Part shown: piece after piece, positions 61,116 to 64,000 of the stretch
Layout: the number at the start of each line of letters is the position of its first letter
Position numbering within the stretch: position 1 is the stretch's first letter
Assembly: GCF_001194135.2 (NCBI RefSeq)
Contig: NC_068981.1
Location: 190,613,522-190,677,521 of the forward strand
DNA length: 64,000 nucleotides
Direction of reading: 5' to 3'
From: Octopus bimaculoides
Lineage: Eukaryota
Program-made: the position numbers and the translations under genes
The notes under the pieces: generated by a model
What the model was told of the DNA's origin: nothing
Databases searched by the model: none
The model's input: only the letters and a program-made list of their open reading frames with translations

Positions 61116-61849
61116 AGTATATATATATATATAAGTGATATGTATTAATCTGCACGGTTGTTCCGCTGATACACAGTATCAAAGTTTATGCAGGCGGACG
61201 CGCTGTTGAATGCCAGTCTTCGTTCAGGCTTTGTCGTATGTTATTACGGTCAACAAATACTTTTCCAATCCAAACGATGGAAAAGTATTGTTGACGTCAA
61301 AGAAGAAATGTTAAGACGCAAATGCAAAACGCTGTAGAAATGAAGAGTACAAGGCCTAGGGACAGTCTTTGGAGTTGGTAGGCCTAAACCTTGCAGAACC
61401 TGTTTTTTTTTTTTTGTTTTCCAATGGTCAACTGTATGTGGTATGCTCAAGAGTCGGCAATCCAAATCATTTGTTTATTTTATGCTCCAGGGGGCAAGAC
61501 CAAAAATGCAGTATATCAAGAGACTCTGCAAAGTTGATGATAATCAACCATCAATCGATTGTTTCGTAGTCGCACATCGTCAATCCTCTCATCCTTCCAA
61601 CTATCCACCAATTCAACTTTGATATTACCTTACCATTTCAATCAATCAGTCTTATGATTCAACTGTATTAATTGCCAGTATTTGTAAATCTATCCCACGT
61701 CACCGTGTATTTCTAAATCTATTTCTAATTTAAACGGGAACTGAACAGGGACATGATAGGACATGAAACAGAGTAATGGGAACAGGAACAGGAAATAACC
61801 CCCGCCTTTCTGGCTATTACCGGGTAATTCAGCTAGTTAGTAAATAAAT

Positions 61850-62270
61850 GCAGTATTAAACCATTTTTACTTGCTTAATGGGACGGTTGACGCTGTTGAT
61901 ACGACGTTCTAGTTTTCAGGTGCAATGGTAGTTGATTGTAAGCGGAGATTAGGCACCATATTCATTCTGTTTCTGTATCTGGATTTTATAAAGACTATTG
62001 CAAGAAAATCTGCTCAGTTAAATATGTAGTTGAGAATGATATCAGATATTTTCAGTGCTTTTAATGGTAATTTTGGGTATTCATTTTTCACATGGAACCA
62101 GGAATCTGCTAAATCATACCGAATGAAAACTTGATCTAAATGAAATGTCACGCGAAAGTTCAGCATGACCATTTTCTTCAAATGTTTTACAGTTTTTACA
62201 CTTACATAAAATGGATCCTCAATCCAATTGTAATTGGTAACTTGAAGATGAAAATAATCCATTCAGTTGA
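61850..62270 (-). mobile_element. hAT (Buster/Charlie-like) transposase C-terminal remnant
   Basis: NYNWIEDPF, SWFHVKNEYPKLPLKALK, KSRYRNRMNM.PNLRL. Confidence 0.75.
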
Positions 62271-62864
62271 CATAACGATTGACATTGTCGCGGCCTGAAA
62301 GTTGTTGGGCTGGTTTGTGGTAGTGGCTAGTTGAGTTGATGAATGAAAATATGTTTCTTGGGCTGCGTGAAGAAGCAACTGAACAACACTGACGAGTATT
62401 TAACTGATTTCGTTATCGCATATAAAGACAAAGTGTGTTGGCCTTTTACAGATACCAACAGTTTAGGTTTTTGTTCCATCTAATGTGGCTCCAATCAGAA
62501 GACTGTAATGTTATTGTGGTAGTGAACTAAGTAAAGAAATTCATGGAACAAAGGTGATAACTTTAAATACGTTTATTGTGGTCACACGTATATATACACA
62601 AGTTGAATGGAAGTGGTTGATGGACATTTATTCATGTATCACCATGTATCTGCGTGGGTTGTATGTTTGCTGTTAACCCTGATGAGAAGCTCACGAACAG
62701 CAATATGTTAGAACCAGTGAAGTGTGTTGGTACTGTGTAGATGTTGTTTACGCCGTTGGTGAGAGACATCAGTGGTAGCGACGAAGATAAAGGTTGCTCT
62801 AATGTGGTCAGTGGTTAGACCGTAGGTCTGGAACCAACAGACCTTAAGACTAATAAGAAGTGAG

Positions 62865-63000
62865 CTTTTATAGCTGATTGTAGGCTCAAATGCTGTTTGG
62901 AAAAGACTGCCTCACGTGATTTATTTGGAGGCTGTGATTGGTTGGGTTGCATATTGGCGCGCGATAGAGAAAGAGACAAATTGCACTAATACCGACCAAT
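62865..63000 (-). promoter_or_regulatory. Promoter-like motif cluster (host promoter or LTR U3)
   Basis: Minus-strand CTATAAAAG at 62865-62873, TCACGTGA at 62912-62919, CCAAT at 62937-62941 and 62953-62957, TTGGCGCGC at 62954-62962, plus-strand CCAAT at 62996-63000. Confidence 0.3.
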
Positions 63001-63693
63001 CAGAGTGGTAGATACAACGGGGTCCAAAACAGCGCCCAAAGGTTAGCTGTTACCTACTACGTTCGTATGTACTTATATATAATAGAGAGAGGAAGTTCTC
63101 TAGAGTTCGCTACAACAGCAATAATTACACACTTGGAGAGAGAAACAGCTTGGAGTTTAAGGCAAGCTATTGATACGGCAACCTGCGTCTTGCGCAACAT
63201 AATTGGAAACAATTACACTTTATTTGTTGCGATGGAGGTTCCTGTCATCTATCTACGCCATTTGTCTTAGCCGCCTTCCTGGGCCGTCAAGCTGGTAAAT
63301 ATACGTGCCGTCTGGTGTGGCAAGAATGGAGACACAAGCTGCCTCAACATCCTGCAGTTAATTACCGCCAAAAGTGGCCTTTTATAGGGCACAAGAAGAA
63401 GATTCTAGGAGATTGGCTTCATGCTTGAGGTCCAGTCGTGATGTCTGACCTTGTATCTGGGATTCGGTCTCTAATATCCACTATAACATGAACGCTTTTC
63501 CTCTCCTCGTACATATTAAAGAGAAATGTGCTATGCTCACAACATATAAACAGAAAGACTGAGAAGAACGAAAGAAACACTACAACGTCTGATATCAAAT
63601 AAGTTAGCGTCGAATCATCGACGCCAAAACAGCTGTGCCAAAACGTCTCGTAGCCAAATTATTATGTATCGCATTCACTCGTGTTTCTTTACA

Positions 63694-63909
63694 GGCGTAG
63701 GAGTGGCAATGCGGTAAGTGGCTTGCTTACCAACCACATGGTTCCGGGTTCAGTCCCACTGCGTGGCACCTTGGGCAAGTGTCTTCAACTATAGCCTCGG
63801 GCCGACCTAAGCCTTGTGAGTGGATTTGGCAGACGGAAACTGAAAAGAAGCCCGTCGTATATATATATATATATGTATATGAGTGTGTGTGTGTGTGTAT
63901 GTGTGTGTG

Positions 63910-63956
<47 letters not shown>
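63694..63956 (+). mobile_element. 5' half of a family B SINE running into (TG)n and a gap
   Basis: ggcgtaggagtggc...accttgggcaagtgtc...gaagcccgtcg. Confidence 0.92.
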
Positions 63957-63966
63957 NNNNNNNNNN

Positions 63967-64000
<34 letters not shown>

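Noticed and set aside
62678-62700. CTGATGA hammerhead core
   Set aside because: No downstream GAAA and no consistent stems.
1164-63956. tRNA genes
   Set aside because: All tRNA-like segments lack a complete acceptor stem and continue into SINE bodies with tails or TSDs.

Overview
AT-rich eukaryotic DNA with many assembly gaps (N runs), made up almost entirely of transposable elements and microsatellites. The SINE families and the (TA)n/(TG)n/(ATGT)n/(ATT)n load point to an Octopus genome (inference, no database search). No intact host gene or tRNA/rRNA gene can be supported. Content: (i) dozens of tRNA-headed SINEs in at least four lineages: family A (Meta-core-like), family B (CORE-like, with an internal microsatellite), a modular X/Y-head by P/Q-tail group, and one tRNA-Ser-like SINE carrying a hammerhead-like motif; (ii) LINE remnants: R4/Dong-type, several RTE 3' ends (one with three C2H2 fingers), a CR1-like RT snippet; (iii) several decayed Penelope-like elements and hammerhead-ribozyme-like motifs; (iv) DNA transposons: a DD37D maT, several mariners (two of them copies of a derivative built from two left ends), hAT remnants and MITEs; (v) Gypsy pol remnants. 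A few minus-strand splice-site pairs and a TATA/CCAAT cluster hint at a long-intron transcript but cannot be confirmed. The long ORFs in the track are artefacts of N gaps and simple repeats. Most element boundaries without a TSD or TIR are approximate.
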